NCBI RefSeq assembly: GCF_964204645.1
Contig: NC_134036.1
Location: 8,160,812 to 8,224,811, forward strand
Reading direction: 5' to 3'
Source of the DNA: Tubulanus polymorphus
Taxonomy: Eukaryota > Animalia > Nemertea
DNA length: 64,000 nt
The notes under the pieces were generated by a model, which ran no database searches, had not been told where the DNA came from, and saw only the letters and a list, made by a program, of their open reading frames with translations. Made by a program: the position numbers and the translations under genes. This document shows, one piece after another, positions 13,280-26,164 of the stretch; position 1 is the stretch's first letter, and the number at the start of each line of letters is the position of its first letter.

Positions 13280-13889
13280 ATTAGATCAGTATATTGTTTA
13301 TTGCTGTTACAACGATTTGATTCACGTGCCGTTAACACTGAGCTGTGGTCATACGCTGTGTAAAACATGTCTGTCGAAGCTACACCAGAATATATGTTCA
13401 TTCGACCAGACAGTGATCGGTCGATCAGCCGACGATCTGCCGCCGAATAACGCCATCATTCGCCTGGTCAACGGTCGACCGCCCGAATTCAAACAATTTC
13501 CAAAATTAATCGGAGCTAAAAATGTGGATCTGATTGAGTCGTGTATGGCGTTAATTGAGGAGTTAGCGATGTATCTGTGTATTTTCTGTTTTCCCTCTTA
13601 AAAATTCCTCATGATTTCCCTGATAATGTCCCAGAAAATTGTAAAATTGTCTTTTTTATCCCTGATGTGGTAAATAGATAATGGCATGTCTGAAATTGTC
13701 TGTATCCTGATTGGTCAGATCAAATCACCGACTGTATTCCACTTTAAGTTAAATATTAACTCTTGAATTATTTATAGATTTGAATGTGAATATACCCCGA
13801 GTAGCGGTAATTCGACCAGTAGCGCCACCTCTACCTCTAGTGTATTGAGTCGTCCGATGCAGCGTAAACTGGTCGCGTTGATAAACTGA
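13280..13889 (+). pseudogene. RC3H1: Roquin (RC3H1/2-like) RING-ROQ N-terminal fragment, two exons, truncated
   Basis: LSCGHTLCKTCLSKLHQNICSFDQT...LPPNNAIIRLV...IEELAMYL, then a second exon [16 protein letters not shown], match roquin as recalled ([40 protein letters not shown]); acceptor AGs precede both exons; premature TGA at 13887. Confidence 0.8.
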
Positions 13890-13899
13890 ATTCTAAACG

Positions 13900-14163
13900 T
13901 CAGCTGAATTTCGTATCATCCGTGGTGGGGTCGACTCCCGTACTATTCGAATCGGAAGTGCGCGAGTAATGGCGACACATCCGGGTTGCTTTCGAGTATG
14001 AGACTGATAGACAGCGATCGTCTGTTGCGCATCGTCTAAAACAGTCCAGATATCGTCGAGTTGCTTTGAAATCTTTGATCGACTCGATAACAGGAATCAT
14101 ATTTCTACATGTTTGGAGGTCGTTTGAAGCGCTGTTGCTCAGCCGTGTCTTGGCCGTTAGCAA
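13900..14163 (-). CDS. PAN/apple domain exon (possibly pseudogenic)
   Basis: DCFRRCATDDRCLSVSYSKATRMCRHY is a typical PAN cysteine pattern. Confidence 0.55.
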   Translation of the reverse strand: MLTAKTRLSNSASNDLQTCRNMIPVIESIKDFKATRRYLDCFRRCATDDRCLSVSYSKATRMCRHYSRTSDSNSTGVDPTTDDTKFS

Positions 14164-14255
14164 AATTCATCAATGTTACAAACCACACATATTGGAACAA
14201 AACTTACATGTTGTATTGAAATTGGTTTTGTTTTCGTGAGGGTGAGGTCGTAGTC

Positions 14256-16143
14256 GTGGTTTTTTCATGTTTCTTTGTCCCTGACATTCTCACATTCAGA
14301 CTCCATACTTTTCCAGGTATACGGCAATCTTCGAGGACTTCAATCAACCCATTGGTTAAATGCAAGACCCCAGGAGGGTCTTGCAATTTTTTCATGGACG
14401 ATAAGGAGCTGGCAGATAGGTTCAACAAGTTCTTCCAGGAGAAAGTTCTGAATATATGTTCTCGTTTTGACTCCATCGAGACAAGGAGTGTAGATGCTTT
14501 AAATGATTGCGAAGAGATAAATGTTTTTACTCTATGTACTGAGAGTGAGGTCAGAAAGATTGTTGTCTCTCTTGTTCCTAAGAGTTGTGCACTTGATCCA
14601 ATCCCGACGGCTTTGTTAAAAAATGCCTCGATTGTCTTTTGCCTCTCCTGGTTAGAATTATTAGTCTATCGATGCAGTGTGGCTGCTTTCCCGCTCAATT
14701 CAAGTTCGCCTTAGTAAAACCACTGCAGAAAAAGCCAACTCTTGACAAGAAAGTGCTTGGTAACTATAGACCAGTGTCTAATTTATCATTTTTGTCAAAA
14801 CTTGTTGAACGTGTTGTCGCAGTACGTCTGTACACTCATATGTCGAAGCATGATTTATCCGATCCTCGTCAATCCGCATATCATCAAAATCACAGCACGG
14901 AGACTGTGATGCTGAGTGTTGTAGACCAGATTCTGACAGCCTTGGATGCTGGTAATGAGATCATTCTTGTTCTATTAGACATGTATGCAGCTTTCGATAC
15001 TCTTAACCATACAATTCTCTGTGATCGGCTTCGATCCCGGATTCGTTTGAGTGGGTCAGTGTTACGATGGTTTGGATCTTATCTGTCTGGACGTTATGTT
15101 GCGGTGTCCATTGCCAGTAGTGGTTCTGAATGTATATCGCCTATTCATGGCGTACCACAAGGTTCTGTGCTGGGACCTCTTTTATTCGAGGTATAAACGC
15201 TCCCATTGGGGGACACCATTGATGCCCATAGTGTATCTCGTCATAGTTACGCGGATGACAATCGGCTTCTTGTCCCAGTTAAACGTAGTGATTCAAAGTA
15301 GAAAGTTGAACAGGTAGAATCTTGTATCGTTAATGTTGGTTCCTGGTTGCATAACAATTATCTTGCTTTGAATGCTCATGAGACTTTAATTGTGCAACAT
15401 AGTGTCATGTCGTAGAACAGGTTCGGTTCCATCTATTGTGATTATTGATGTTCCAATTCTTGAGTCGGACTCAGTGAGGGACCTTGGTGTCTTGATTGAC
15501 AAGATCATGAATATGCAAGTGCATATCAAATCCTTGTGTAGAGCTGCATATGCAAAGCTGTTCAGCATCTCGCGGATCCGTAACTTTTTGGATACGGCTT
15601 GCCTACAACGTTTGCTTCATGCATTTGTGAGCTCGCGTATTGATTACAACAATGGTATACTTTATGGTCTCCCGGCAAAATCAATCGCTCAACTACAACG
15701 CGTCCAGAATTCGGCTGCACGACTGATATGTTGCAAGAGAAAGTATGATCATGCCACGCCACTGCTTATTCAATTACATGTTGGTTGCCAGTCAGTGCCC
15801 GTATCAAGTTCAAAATATTACTCACTGTATTCAAGTTTGTAAATGGCTTGGCACCACAGTATTTGCAGGACATTTACCGAATTACCAGATCAGTTTATTC
15901 TGACAATCTTATGGTTCTGCGCACAAAAACTTGCCTTGGTGACAGGGCCTTTTCAGTGTGCGGCCCTAAACTGTGGAACAATCTTCCATCGGAACTAAAG
16001 TCTGCCAAAGTCTGACAGTTTCAAAACCATGTCCTGGCTGTTTAAAGAGCACTTCACCACTGAGGAGAGAGCGCTTTGAACACGTATTGTGGAAAGGCGC
16101 TATAGTTAAAAGACACTATGTATGTATGTATATGTGTATGTAT
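14256..16143 (+). mobile_element. 5'-truncated, decayed L2-type LINE
   Basis: KSCALDPIPT, NYRPVSNLSFLSK, LLDMYAAFD, GVPQGSVLGP, HSYADD, GDRAFSVCGPKLWN spread over frameshifted ORFs; L2-like 3' end (gcgctata) and (TATG)n tail. Confidence 0.9.
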
Positions 16144-16310
16144 TTTAGCAAGATAGCCTTCTAGTTTAAAGTTGTGCAGCTGGCGCTTGGTAGATTAAAC
16201 GCCCTCTCGTGGAATTTCTGTGAACTCTTAAAGGAAAAATACTCAGTCGTTTCTAAATATGTAAGTGATGAAATCCGTATATATCTAAAATAAAAACTAA
16301 AACACGAATA

Positions 16311-16612
16311 TATGATAATAATAATATGTGTCTTATAATATAGCGCTAAATCGAACCAGGCTGCTTTACATTTTTCGATATTATTACCGCGGCCAATTTT
16401 ATACTGTAACATGTATCAGTCATCTCTCCCTGGAAAGAAGTAACACCGAGCTGCTAACAAACGCTCAGGAGTCATCTATCAGGCCAGGTATCCATTTATT
16501 CCTGGGTGGAGAGAGGCAATGAGGGTAAGTGTCTTGCCCGAGGACACTACGGCAATGTACGGGGTTCGAACCCACGACCTGGCTTCCCAGAGTCAAACGC
16601 TCTAACCACAAT
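16311..16612 (-). mobile_element. tRNA-derived SINE with CORE-like central domain and LINE-like 3' tail
   Basis: Minus strand: A box gtggttagagcg, B box gggttcgaacc, central gggcaagacacttaccctc...ccacccagga, tail gcgctatatt...(att)n; boundaries defined by an empty paralogous site at ~18600-18775. Confidence 0.75.
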
Positions 16613-16695
16613 AATTTCAATAGGTTTTGATAATTAGTAGACGATTACCGGAGAATGCTGCAAAGTCCCGATTGAGTTTGTCGTGAATCCTAGTT

Positions 16696-17050
16696 TTAAA
16701 CTGTATAAACATAATTCCGGTACGATCCACCATACATCACGTGCTCGTTGCCAGGGCATGTTAGGTTACACTCAGAATCAGGTACTCGACCTTGGTTGCC
16801 ATAGAACCTGCCGCAGTGGTAGTAAGTCATATATTGTACTGCCGCGTAGTAGTAACCTGGAGGTAATCAATGAAAAAACAATAATTAAGGCAATAGAAGC
16901 ACGGCGCGGTTGAATTATTTAAAAGTTTCAAACAACAAGTTTTCACACATTATTCGTTATCATTTTTCATACCAAAAGTCTCTCACGCGTTCGTCATATA
17001 GACCGCAGCAATTTGCATCGATATACGGCCTTTTTGCCCGCAGCGTTTTC
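16696..17050 (-). pseudogene. Degenerate WSC (carbohydrate-binding) domain exons
   Basis: Minus-strand exon after ctccag reads GYYYAAVQYMTYYHCGRFYGNQGRVPDSECNLTCPGNEHVMYGGSYRNYVYTV*, the C-terminal half of a WSC domain with two Cys replaced by Tyr; decayed N-terminal half upstream. Confidence 0.6.
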
Positions 17051-17372
17051 TGCTTAAGTTTGGGTGTTACGGGTCGTGACATCCGTGAAGGAGAAATCAT
17101 GCTTTGAACTACTGTCGCGATAGCAACCTCGATAAACTGTGGATACAATCATAAATGTGGATTATATATACCACTATCCACAGTTCCACTGTAAGTGGCC
17201 GGATATTTGTGGATTAGTTAAAGACTAAGAAAATGGACAAGTGGAAAGTCAATAGAATTCGATATCTATTGTTGATTCAAAAGAATCAGCAGGAATATGG
17301 CATCCGAGGAGCTGGTCGTGTACCAAGTACGTGTGCTAAGGTCTTTGATGTTTCCTCTGACCCGGATTTTCA

Positions 17373-17563
17373 AGGACAGCAAACTATTTTCAGAGACTGT
17401 TCCTGACAATCAGAGGACAGCAAACCATTTTCAGAAACTGTTCCTGAGAAATCAGGGGACAATAAACCGTTTTCAGATACTGTTCCTGACAATCAGAGGA
17501 CAGTAAACCATTTTCAGAAACTGTTCCTGATAATCAGGGGACAGTAAACCATTTTCAGAGACT
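17373..17563. repeat. Minisatellite, ~41-bp unit, ~4.6 copies
   Basis: Unit ggacagcaaaccattttcagaaactgttcctgacaatcaga repeated head to tail. Confidence 0.9.
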
Positions 17564-17649
17564 AAACTACATTTGTCGTAAACCAAGATCTGCTCGCTTG
17601 CCGGCGTCGGTGTTCGAAGTTTACGGGATGAATCCTTATAAAGTTCGCA

Positions 17650-17846
17650 TGTACCTGAAACAAATCTGTAGCTATCACAGTTCCAGTCATCCCCACACGT
17701 GACCGCGAGAATTTAACACCCGGGTCTTCATTCGGTCTCAACCGGCGAAAACTGAACGATTCATCAGTCGCCTGACCACCGGTCATCAGAGCTGACCAAC
17801 ACATCACCATAGCAACTATAACAACTAAACTCAAGCTGGTTTCCAT
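17650..17846 (-). CDS. Possible first exon of a secreted protein
   Basis: METSLSLVVIVAMVMCWSALMTGG is signal-peptide-like; donor-like cag|gtacat follows TDLFQ. Confidence 0.3.
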
Positions 17847-19639
17847 GGCAACTGGCGGACTGTGGCTGTCACTGTTGTAGATCGTCTTGTGTATCCTGGA
17901 AATCGGAGACTGAGGACTTCACGCAGCAGACGAGAGCTTGTTAGAATTAATGACGCAACAAGACTAATTGCGGGATGGGAAACAATCATCGAGGTCAAGT
18001 GAAGTTACGTTTGCTTCACGCGCGGTGCGAGCTTTCTATTCACATCTATTTCAACCCTTAAAGACAGCACCTCCTCAGGTGCAATCAGTCAGTTTTTGTT
18101 CATCGTCGCGGTGTTAGGAATAGCCAGTGCAAATAGGAGTAAAAACCAATGGTCTTACTCTTGTGGATTAGAATATTTATCTCCGGGATAACGATTAATC
18201 ACCGGGATAGGGCTTATCGCCGCTTTGAAAAACGCATTCGGCAAGCCAACACTAGGGTTTCTGCGTTTATGAATCAGGCCAACACTAGGGTTAAATATCT
18301 AAGTACCCTTTGGGCGCCATAGATAATAAAGACTCCAGAAATGAAAACATAATGTTTTGAAAATTATTTTATTAGGCAACATAATAATTTAACTTATTAA
18401 GATACGGCTGCGTATGTCAATCAGGCGAATACGAACGAATGTTTACTCCAACCATTTCCATGGTAAATATTTAGGAAAAGTGAGCATCTACTATTGATTG
18501 CATGAATGGAGATAAAAGCATTTCAAAATTTGATAAACAGGACTCTTACAATTTTCGTTCATTTAGTTTAACGGCATTGAAATCATTTAATTACTGGCGT
18601 TTGACAGATTAACGCCCTCTCGTGGAATTTCTGTGAACTGTAAGGAGAGTCATACAGTCATTTCTGAATATAAAAGTGACGATAACTCCGTATAAAACTA
18701 AAACACGAATGTTGTCAACAGGTTTGAATAATTCGTGGACTTTTTTACGGAGAATGCCGGAAAGTCCCGATTGCGAAAAAAACAATTAAGAGACAGCTAT
18801 GATCAATTATCTAAAAGTTTGAATAAAAAGTACAGTATTCAAAATATCGATTTTCATCCAAATATTTTTAGGTGTGTACCTAATAATTATGTTAATTATG
18901 TTATTGGTGAATGCATTAAGAATAAACCAAAATAATAGAATTGGGGTGCTTATCTTAACGTAGAAATTACGAAATACGTAACCGAAATGACAATAGGATA
19001 AGAAGGGGAGACTAATCTTATATTTTACAAGAATACCTCAAAATCAACGCACGCGACATGTGACATGCAATTCTTAATTGATTTATGTATTACATACAAT
19101 AGAAATAACTTTTATTTTTTGCATCGCGTTTCAAACAACATTCATAGCGAAATGGACGAGAGAAATCATCTGAACATTGAACTGGATTTGACGATTGATT
19201 TTGGTCACCGCGAATCGAACGGAGCGTTACATTTAAAGCTTTGAATATCTTCATTAACAGTAAACAAACCGATGATCGATTTATTTGCTTGCAAATTTAT
19301 TGACTCGAGATTTTGATTTTCATGGATTTTAATTAATCACAAGTGATTAGGAACAAAGCGCATGACATTTGCAACCGTCACTACAATCAGCTACTAACGA
19401 CACACATATGACCCTTTGGCCTGCAACCTATATAACCTGAAAGTACATAATTTAAATGAAAAAGGGAATATTGAAGTGTAACACTTTTTCAACGGAAGAA
19501 ATGATTCAACTCTTTCGTATGTAGGTCGAAGATGATAGATACGCTTTGCCTTTGACATATAGGACTCGAAATCTAATCGGTCACTCAAGGACTCTAGGGT
19601 AAACCATCCATAATAGTTCACAAGGTTATCTCTTACTGT

Positions 19640-20626
19640 TTATGAATTAAGAGCCCGGAAATTAAAAACACAAAAAAGCTCCGGGTGACCTTGACATTTG
19701 ACCTACAGGGCCCGGAAATATTCTGTTTCTCAGGGTCTCTAGGATAACCCATCCAATGTCACGAAATTATTTTAAACCGTCTATGAGATAGAGCCGGAAA
19801 CGAAAATTGCATAACAGCTTAGTAACCTTGCCCTTTGAACTACAGGACCCGAAATGTAATCAGTTACCCAGGTCCCTAGGATAACCCATCCATTGAATTT
19901 CAGTAAGTTGTCTTAACTTTCTGTTTATAACTGTATATGAATGAGAGTCCGGAAATAAATATACAAAATGGCTTCCTGTGACCTTGAGCTCGGAGCTACA
20001 GGACCCAAAATCTGATCATTTACTAACCACATATAGTAAGACACAACTTTTTGACATATGGTAAAACACAACTTTGGAATTTATAAAAATCTGTCAAACG
20101 GTTTTTTTGCTAGGTGCCGTGCATAAAATACGTACGCCCGTAGGAGGGAGGAAATCCAAAAAAGCGTACAGGGGGAGGGGTAAATTCAAAGAGTACATAC
20201 TTTTCCAAGGTGGAGGGTTAATGTTTATAGTACGTACTTTTTGCACGAAACACAATTTGATTTTTATACATATCCCCTATATTTGTTGGGGTTTCCTGAG
20301 AATTCCCCATTCTCAGTCTTTCACTTCGTCAATACGTACATTGTCGTCGGAGCTGTGAGGAATTGGGCCTTTATTAAACCGTATATCCTGAAAATTCCCT
20401 TTTACAGGGAGGGAGGGGGTCAATCATGAAAGTATGTACGCAAGGGGGTTATATAAGAAAAACGTACAGCGAGCGTACATATGGGAGGGGATTGGGGTTA
20501 AAAATTCCCGGAAGTTAAGCGTACGTACTTTATGCACGGCCCCCTAGGGCACGATAACCACTGCGGACAGACGGACGACGAAGTGAATACAGCCCCCTCC
20601 CCCATACGAAAAAAACGGGGCCTTTA
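19640..20626 (+). repeat. Interspersed repeat with internal tgaccttga-type subrepeats, interrupted by a MITE
   Basis: About three diverged copies of gtgaccttgacatttgacctacagg.ccc.gaaa; ends with ggacagacggacg and a short ccc...ggg stem. Confidence 0.5.
20113..20543. mobile_element. MITE, 431 bp, ~25-bp TIRs, TA target-site duplication
   Basis: ta|ggtgccgtgcataaaatacgtacgc ... gcgtacgtactttatgcacggcccc|ta. Confidence 0.8.
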
Positions 20627-21049
20627 AGTATGTTAGTTTATCTCTGAAATGCATGCCATTTAAAAACTTCTGTCGAAAAACCGATAAATAAAGTTCTACA
20701 GATATGAATTTATGCATTGTTTTCTAATTCGATTCCCTCACCTGCTGCAAACGGCATGGCACTGATCATAATCACAGCAGTAGTGTGTACGCGAGACAGT
20801 AAATAAGCAAATGTTTTCGTCTCCTAGAATTAGAATAAGATATACTAGCATTGAGTACTTTTGCAAATATCAAAACCTGACCATTTAGAAGTTTCCAATT
20901 GGTTTTCTGTGAATTAACCTTTAGTCAGATAATGCACCAGGTTAAGAATAATGCAGGTTCAGAGAAGATAACCGATAATACGTGGATATAATGCAACGTA
21001 GCAATAAGGGATTTTCTGCATTGCTAATTTGAATGCCGGCCGTACTGTT

Positions 21050-21809
21050 ATGGGCGACAATCCCCGCAAAAAGATCTTTTGTTTCACGTAGCGAAATTCA
21101 CAATTCCACGCCGCAAAGACATTCTCGCGCCGCGAAGTCATGCACCGAAATGTCAGTAGATGGCGCCACGTAATTGTTAATATGTTATCTTGGTAAATAA
21201 TTCTTTCAGCATTATCATTTAAGCTGTTTCGACGTTTCGATTAGCAGTTTGTGCGATCTTCTTAAAATGACGGATATTTGGGAAACCAGGAATTATTTCG
21301 CATTTTAACGGGGAGAGCGTTGTTTTCTATCGGCCGCAGCAGATCTCCTCACAGCGCATGCGCAGTGGAATTAAGCAGACACACGTGCCTGCTGCGGTGG
21401 ATAGAAAACATAAGGTGGTGTCGATTTTCTATACATCAGAGCAGGATCGTTCAACTACTGTGGTGGACAGAATATAGGTTTCTTTCCGATTTTCAATCCG
21501 CAGAGCAGGATCTATAATGCAGGGCTTTCTGTTAACCTTGATCGGTTGGTTTTCGTTCAACAAACATATTCCAATTATTTCAAAAGTATTTTTGTCGGTT
21601 ATAACTTGCAAACTCATTTCTTTCCTTTGGTGTGATTTTTATGTTTTGGAAATTATTTCCTGGTTTCCAAGGATGACGTCATTTACATCTATGTTGCGCC
21701 ACCTACTGACATTTCGGCGCATGATTTCGTGGCGCGGATTTGCCTTTATCGCGACTTTATTGCTACGCGTAACCAAACGCGGTCTTTTTCGGCGGGGATT
21801 GTCGCCCAT
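21050..21809. mobile_element. Non-autonomous DNA element with ~150-bp diverged TIRs
   Basis: atgggcgacaatccccgc ... gcggggattgtcgcccat; internal pair ccgaaatgtcagtag / ctactgacatttcgg. Confidence 0.7.
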
Positions 21810-22497
21810 TTATTGTGAAGCGTACAGAGTTTCGTCAAAATTAGTCACACCAGTTCGTACATCGAACATAAAAGTAATGATTGATTAGGTGAATATCTGT
21901 TTTAACATCAAATTGATTTGAAGTAAATTAAATTGCAAACGTTGTATCATTTGTTGTCTAGCGACTTTCTGTTGCGGAAGTGTTTTTGGCCCTGAGGGGG
22001 GGTGGGGGTTGGGGGGGTGGTAACATAGCTTACATTTTGCATCACAAAAACATGGAAACATAGAACGACATATTGGAAGCGAATAATGATACAGAAAATC
22101 ATCGAAGGGGAAAATGGGTAACTTATTGATTATCCTTTGAAAATGTTGGCATATAAGATATTCTTATGAAGTAAATTCTATATGGAGTGCTTTGGGAACA
22201 ATTTTTTTGGATTCACAATCATGACAATAAGAACAACAGTCGCTGAAATGGTGATTCCGGTATTCATTCTCAGAGAAAGAACACGATTTTAATCTCAGAG
22301 AGAGAGGGGAAACACATCACTTATTATACAAACAGAGAAACATCATGCTTGTTATTTCATGACCGCAAGCAGAACTAAAAAGCGCAAAAATATGCCGTTG
22401 AAGAAAACTACTTTACTCCAAAAATGATGTAATATAATAATGTCAACGAACCACGTTCGGACAATAAAAAATGTAGACCGTCTCTCCAAAACGGCGC

Positions 22498-22692
22498 TAA
22501 CAGTAATGGGGGTTTAGTTGTTTCAGATCAAAGGTCGAACGGTCGAGCTCGTAAAAAATGAAAATAATAATAATTACAGTTGAATTAGTCGCACACACTC
22601 CCAATTCAACTGTAAATTATTATTATTTTCATTTTTTACTCACCCGCCCGTTCAACCTTTAACCTGAAACAACTAAACCCCCATTACTGTTA
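22498..22692. other. Left terminal imperfect hairpin (195 nt)
   Basis: taacagtaatgggggtttagttgtttcag...ttacagttgaatt, loop agtcgcacacactccc, aattcaactgtaa...ctgaaacaactaaacccccattactgtta. Confidence 0.95.
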
Positions 22693-22769
22693 AAAATATT
22701 CACATATATGAATAACATTTAAATCATTGAACTTCTAAAATCAATTTTAATAAAAAATATAGTATTAAA

Positions 22770-23153
22770 ATGGAAGCAAATAAATACTACTGCCCAACAT
22801 GTAATATCGATATAGACAAGTCTCAAAAAGCAAGACACAATAAAACTATAACACATTTAGAGAATAAATTGAAACTAGAGTATAAGGATGATATATTAGA
22901 AACTAAATTAGAAGAATTAAAGAATGAAAAAGAAACATACAAATGTGATACATGTAATCAATCATTCAGTGATAAAAGATATTATAAAGAACATTTAAAA
23001 TCTATAAGTCATATTAGAAATAAGAATAATGATATTTTAGGTGAAGATTATTTTGATAATGATAACGATAAGAAACAGAAGACAATTAAAAGAATAAAAA
23101 ATAAATTAAACAATAAAAGACCAATAAGGGTAAAAAAATATTTTAAAGCGTAA
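22770..23153 (+). CDS. ORF1 (arm A): protein with two C2H2 (matrin/U1-like) zinc fingers
   Basis: CPTC...HNKTITH and CDTC...HLKSISH; basic C-terminus. Confidence 0.8.
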   Translation: MEANKYYCPTCNIDIDKSQKARHNKTITHLENKLKLEYKDDILETKLEELKNEKETYKCDTCNQSFSDKRYYKEHLKSISHIRNKNNDILGEDYFDNDNDKKQKTIKRIKNKLNNKRPIRVKKYFKA

Positions 23154-23216
23154 GGTTTCAGCGAACTCTAACTCTTTTTGAATTTTAACCTATTTTAATA
23201 AAAATTTGATATATAA

Positions 23217-25493
23217 ATGTGCACAAGATTAATTAAAGTTCCCGCGAAAGACATGAGTAATAAATATATAAATTCAATATTATATTATTTAACTGTTAAC
23301 AATAATTTAGCAGATATTTCAGGAGTAAATATAAATAAGTATTATAAATCTGAAAATAATGAATTAATTAAAACATCAGATATATTTTGCGATAATATAA
23401 TGCTATATAAAATCATGTTAGAAAAAGAAATTATAAAAGAAAATAGAACAACTTTTCTAAACATTAATCAGAGAAAGATAACACATTATGAAATTAAAGA
23501 ATGTTTTAATCAAGGAGATATTATATTGGATAACTTAGCTATAAAAATTACACGTGTTTTAACAATTCATGATGATAATTCAAAATCATATATATTAAGT
23601 AGAATTAATCAAGAATTAAAATTAACAGATTATATTGCTGTATTTAAAATTTCATTATGCAATCAAAATTTAAATGAATTAATACAGAAAATGGATAATA
23701 TTGAAAAATTATTAAATGAAAAAAATTAAAATATATTAGATGTAGATGTGACACAAGATTTTAAAGGATCATTTAATTCAGATGAAATAAAATCAATGTT
23801 CGAAAATAGAAAATATAAAATTCTAAAAGAATTTTCCAATAGTTGTGTTTCAGCATTACATAAGGATGATAAAATAAAGATCTATAATAAAACAGCATGT
23901 CAATTCAAATCTCCTGGTGTAAATATAAATTTCGGTTCAAATTTAATGAGTTACATAAATTGCTATCAAGAGAGGTTAAAAGAATCATTTGAAAAATCAA
24001 TTGAAACAGGATTGATTAGAATTGAAATAACAAGTATTTCATTTAAAAGAGGATTAAAAGTGATGGAAAAAATAAAAAAATACTTAAAAAAAGAAAATAT
24101 TTACTATTCACCTACATATTTACAACTTAAATCATTATTTGATGAGGTTCAACAGACTGTATGTATTTATGATTTGATTGAAAAATGCTTTTATTTCTGT
24201 TATTATGGTGATTTATTAGCAAGGAAATTTATAGGATATAAATCTAGGATAAGTAAAAATATTGAAGAGTCCTCCTTTTTACTTATTTTATCAATGTTTA
24301 CAATTAAGAATATCCCATGTTTATACCTAACAATTAATCAAAATGATGATAAATCAGAATTCATTATTGAAGCAAAAAAATATATTAAAACTGAAGGAGC
24401 AACTGTTATATCTTCAACTAATTCAATGTTTACAGTATTGAATAAATTTATATTTAGATTTAAATTACGTGAAACAGGAATTAGTTTTACAACTTTAAAA
24501 AAGAGATACAATATAAAATCTAAACCTTTTTATAAATTAGATGCACTTGATATTGAAGAAGATTTTGATTTAAAATTATTATCTAAAAGTGAATTTAAAA
24601 AGTTAGAAGAAATGAAAGAACTTAAACAATTACAAGAAGATATAGATGAAAATGGAAATAAAATTTGTAATGAATTAAAGCAACAATTAGATATTGATAA
24701 TGAATTATTTGAGACAGAATTTAAAAAACTTGAAATAATTCCTGAAGTAAAATTAAATGATTATACTCCTAAAATATCTGGAATTGACAATAATACAATT
24801 TTTGAAATTAGAGGTTTTTCAACTCAATGTAAATGTATAACAGATCTTTATTTCAGTTATATTTTAACAGATCAAGGCTTTTATGAAACTACTACTGATT
24901 TAAGAGAATTATTGATAAAAACATTACAATTAGACGTATTAAATAATAATTATTTTGAATTGTCTTCGATCGAAAAAATCATCGAAAAGTTAAAAATAGG
25001 CGTTCATAGCCCTGATAGACACTTTATTTTATCAAAATTAGAAAAACCTATTTTCCAAGTAAAGAAGATAACACACGATCATTTTGAAATAATTGATAAA
25101 ATGGATTTTGAATTGATGAAAAAATATACTGAATATTTAAAGATAAATTCTAATGATTTCATAAATGTATGTGATATACTTAAAGAATCTGATTATTTAA
25201 GAAAAATGAAACTTAACAATATGAAAATTAAGCAATGCGAGCGTTTAGAACTATTGAAAGATAATTCTGAATATAATATTGATTTCATTAATCCTAGATA
25301 TTTTAGAAATAAATTGCGTCATCTAATTTTAATTCATAATGATGAAAATATTTACATATCAAATGAATTTTTCGATAAAGAAATGATCAAGAATAATATA
25401 ACAGAATATCAGGTGATAAAATTGATTACGCACAAGCAAAAATATAATTCTCAGCGGCATAAAGAATTAGTAGTAAGTTTAATTGTTATTTGA
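23217..25493 (+). pseudogene. ORF2 (arm A): Rep_trans-like protein, 758 codons with one nonsense mutation
   Basis: ORFs 23217-23729 and 23748-25493 are in frame; TAA at 23727 corresponds to TAC (Tyr171) in arm B. Confidence 0.75.
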
Positions 25494-25550
25494 ATTGAAA
25501 CATATAAATATTTAACATTTTATAAACTGTTTAATTTTTCTCTTAAATAA

Positions 25551-25769
25551 ATGGATGGTTTCATCCCAACTGGGAAAAGTGATTTGAAACATTATCTTGT
25601 AGCAGGCGGATTAATATTGGCTGCGCTTTTCTTTTATTATGAAAATATCAGTAAGGATTTGATGAATGAAAATATAAAATTGAGCAGGAAATTAAAGAAG
25701 TTAAATGGAAACAATCACAGAAATAAAAAGAATAAAAAAGTTAATTTAGAAAATGATTTAGAGGATTAA
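25551..25769 (+). CDS. ORF3 (arm A): small single-pass membrane protein with basic tail
   Basis: Hydrophobic YLVAGGLILAALFFYY followed by a Lys-rich coiled segment; conserved in arm B and, degenerate, in unit C. Confidence 0.7.
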   Translation: MDGFIPTGKSDLKHYLVAGGLILAALFFYYENISKDLMNENIKLSRKLKKLNGNNHRNKKNKKVNLENDLED

Positions 25770-25807
25770 AACAGCGTCTTTTAATTTCATATATTTTGAC
25801 TATAAAA

Positions 25808-26110
25808 ATGAGTGAAAATATATTAAACTTATTACATCTAATATATAAAAATCAACAGAATATTAAATCAATTATTATGCTTACAGGTTTATTTTCATTC
25901 TCTGTTTATACTATAAAACAGTTGTTAGAATTCTATGATTGCTGTAAAATTAGATACACTGAATTAATAGAAAATATGAATTATATTTCAGATAGATTGA
26001 ATAATATTAAGTGTTGTGAAATTTGTAATAAAAGATATAAAAATAAAAAGAGTTTGAGAAATCATAAATATATTCATGAATTAGATGATAAACTATATAA
26101 TTCAAATTGA
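25808..26110 (+). CDS. ORF4: hydrophobic segment plus C-terminal C2H2 zinc finger
   Basis: SIIMLTGLFSFSVYTI; CEICNKRYKNKKSLRNHKYIH; degenerate homologue at 31864-32165. Confidence 0.7.
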   Translation: MSENILNLLHLIYKNQQNIKSIIMLTGLFSFSVYTIKQLLEFYDCCKIRYTELIENMNYISDRLNNIKCCEICNKRYKNKKSLRNHKYIHELDDKLYNSN

Positions 26111-26164
26111 GAATAAGACTGTTACATTGGTTGAAAATATAAAATATATTAGTTGAAATGTATG

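Noticed and set aside
17373-17563. CRISPR-like array
   Set aside because: Head-to-tail repeats without unique spacers, no cas genes, eukaryotic context.
23727-23729. Alternative genetic code or readthrough in the AT-rich element
   Set aside because: The TAA corresponds to TAC in the sister arm, so it is a simple nonsense mutation; stops in unit C are of mixed types.
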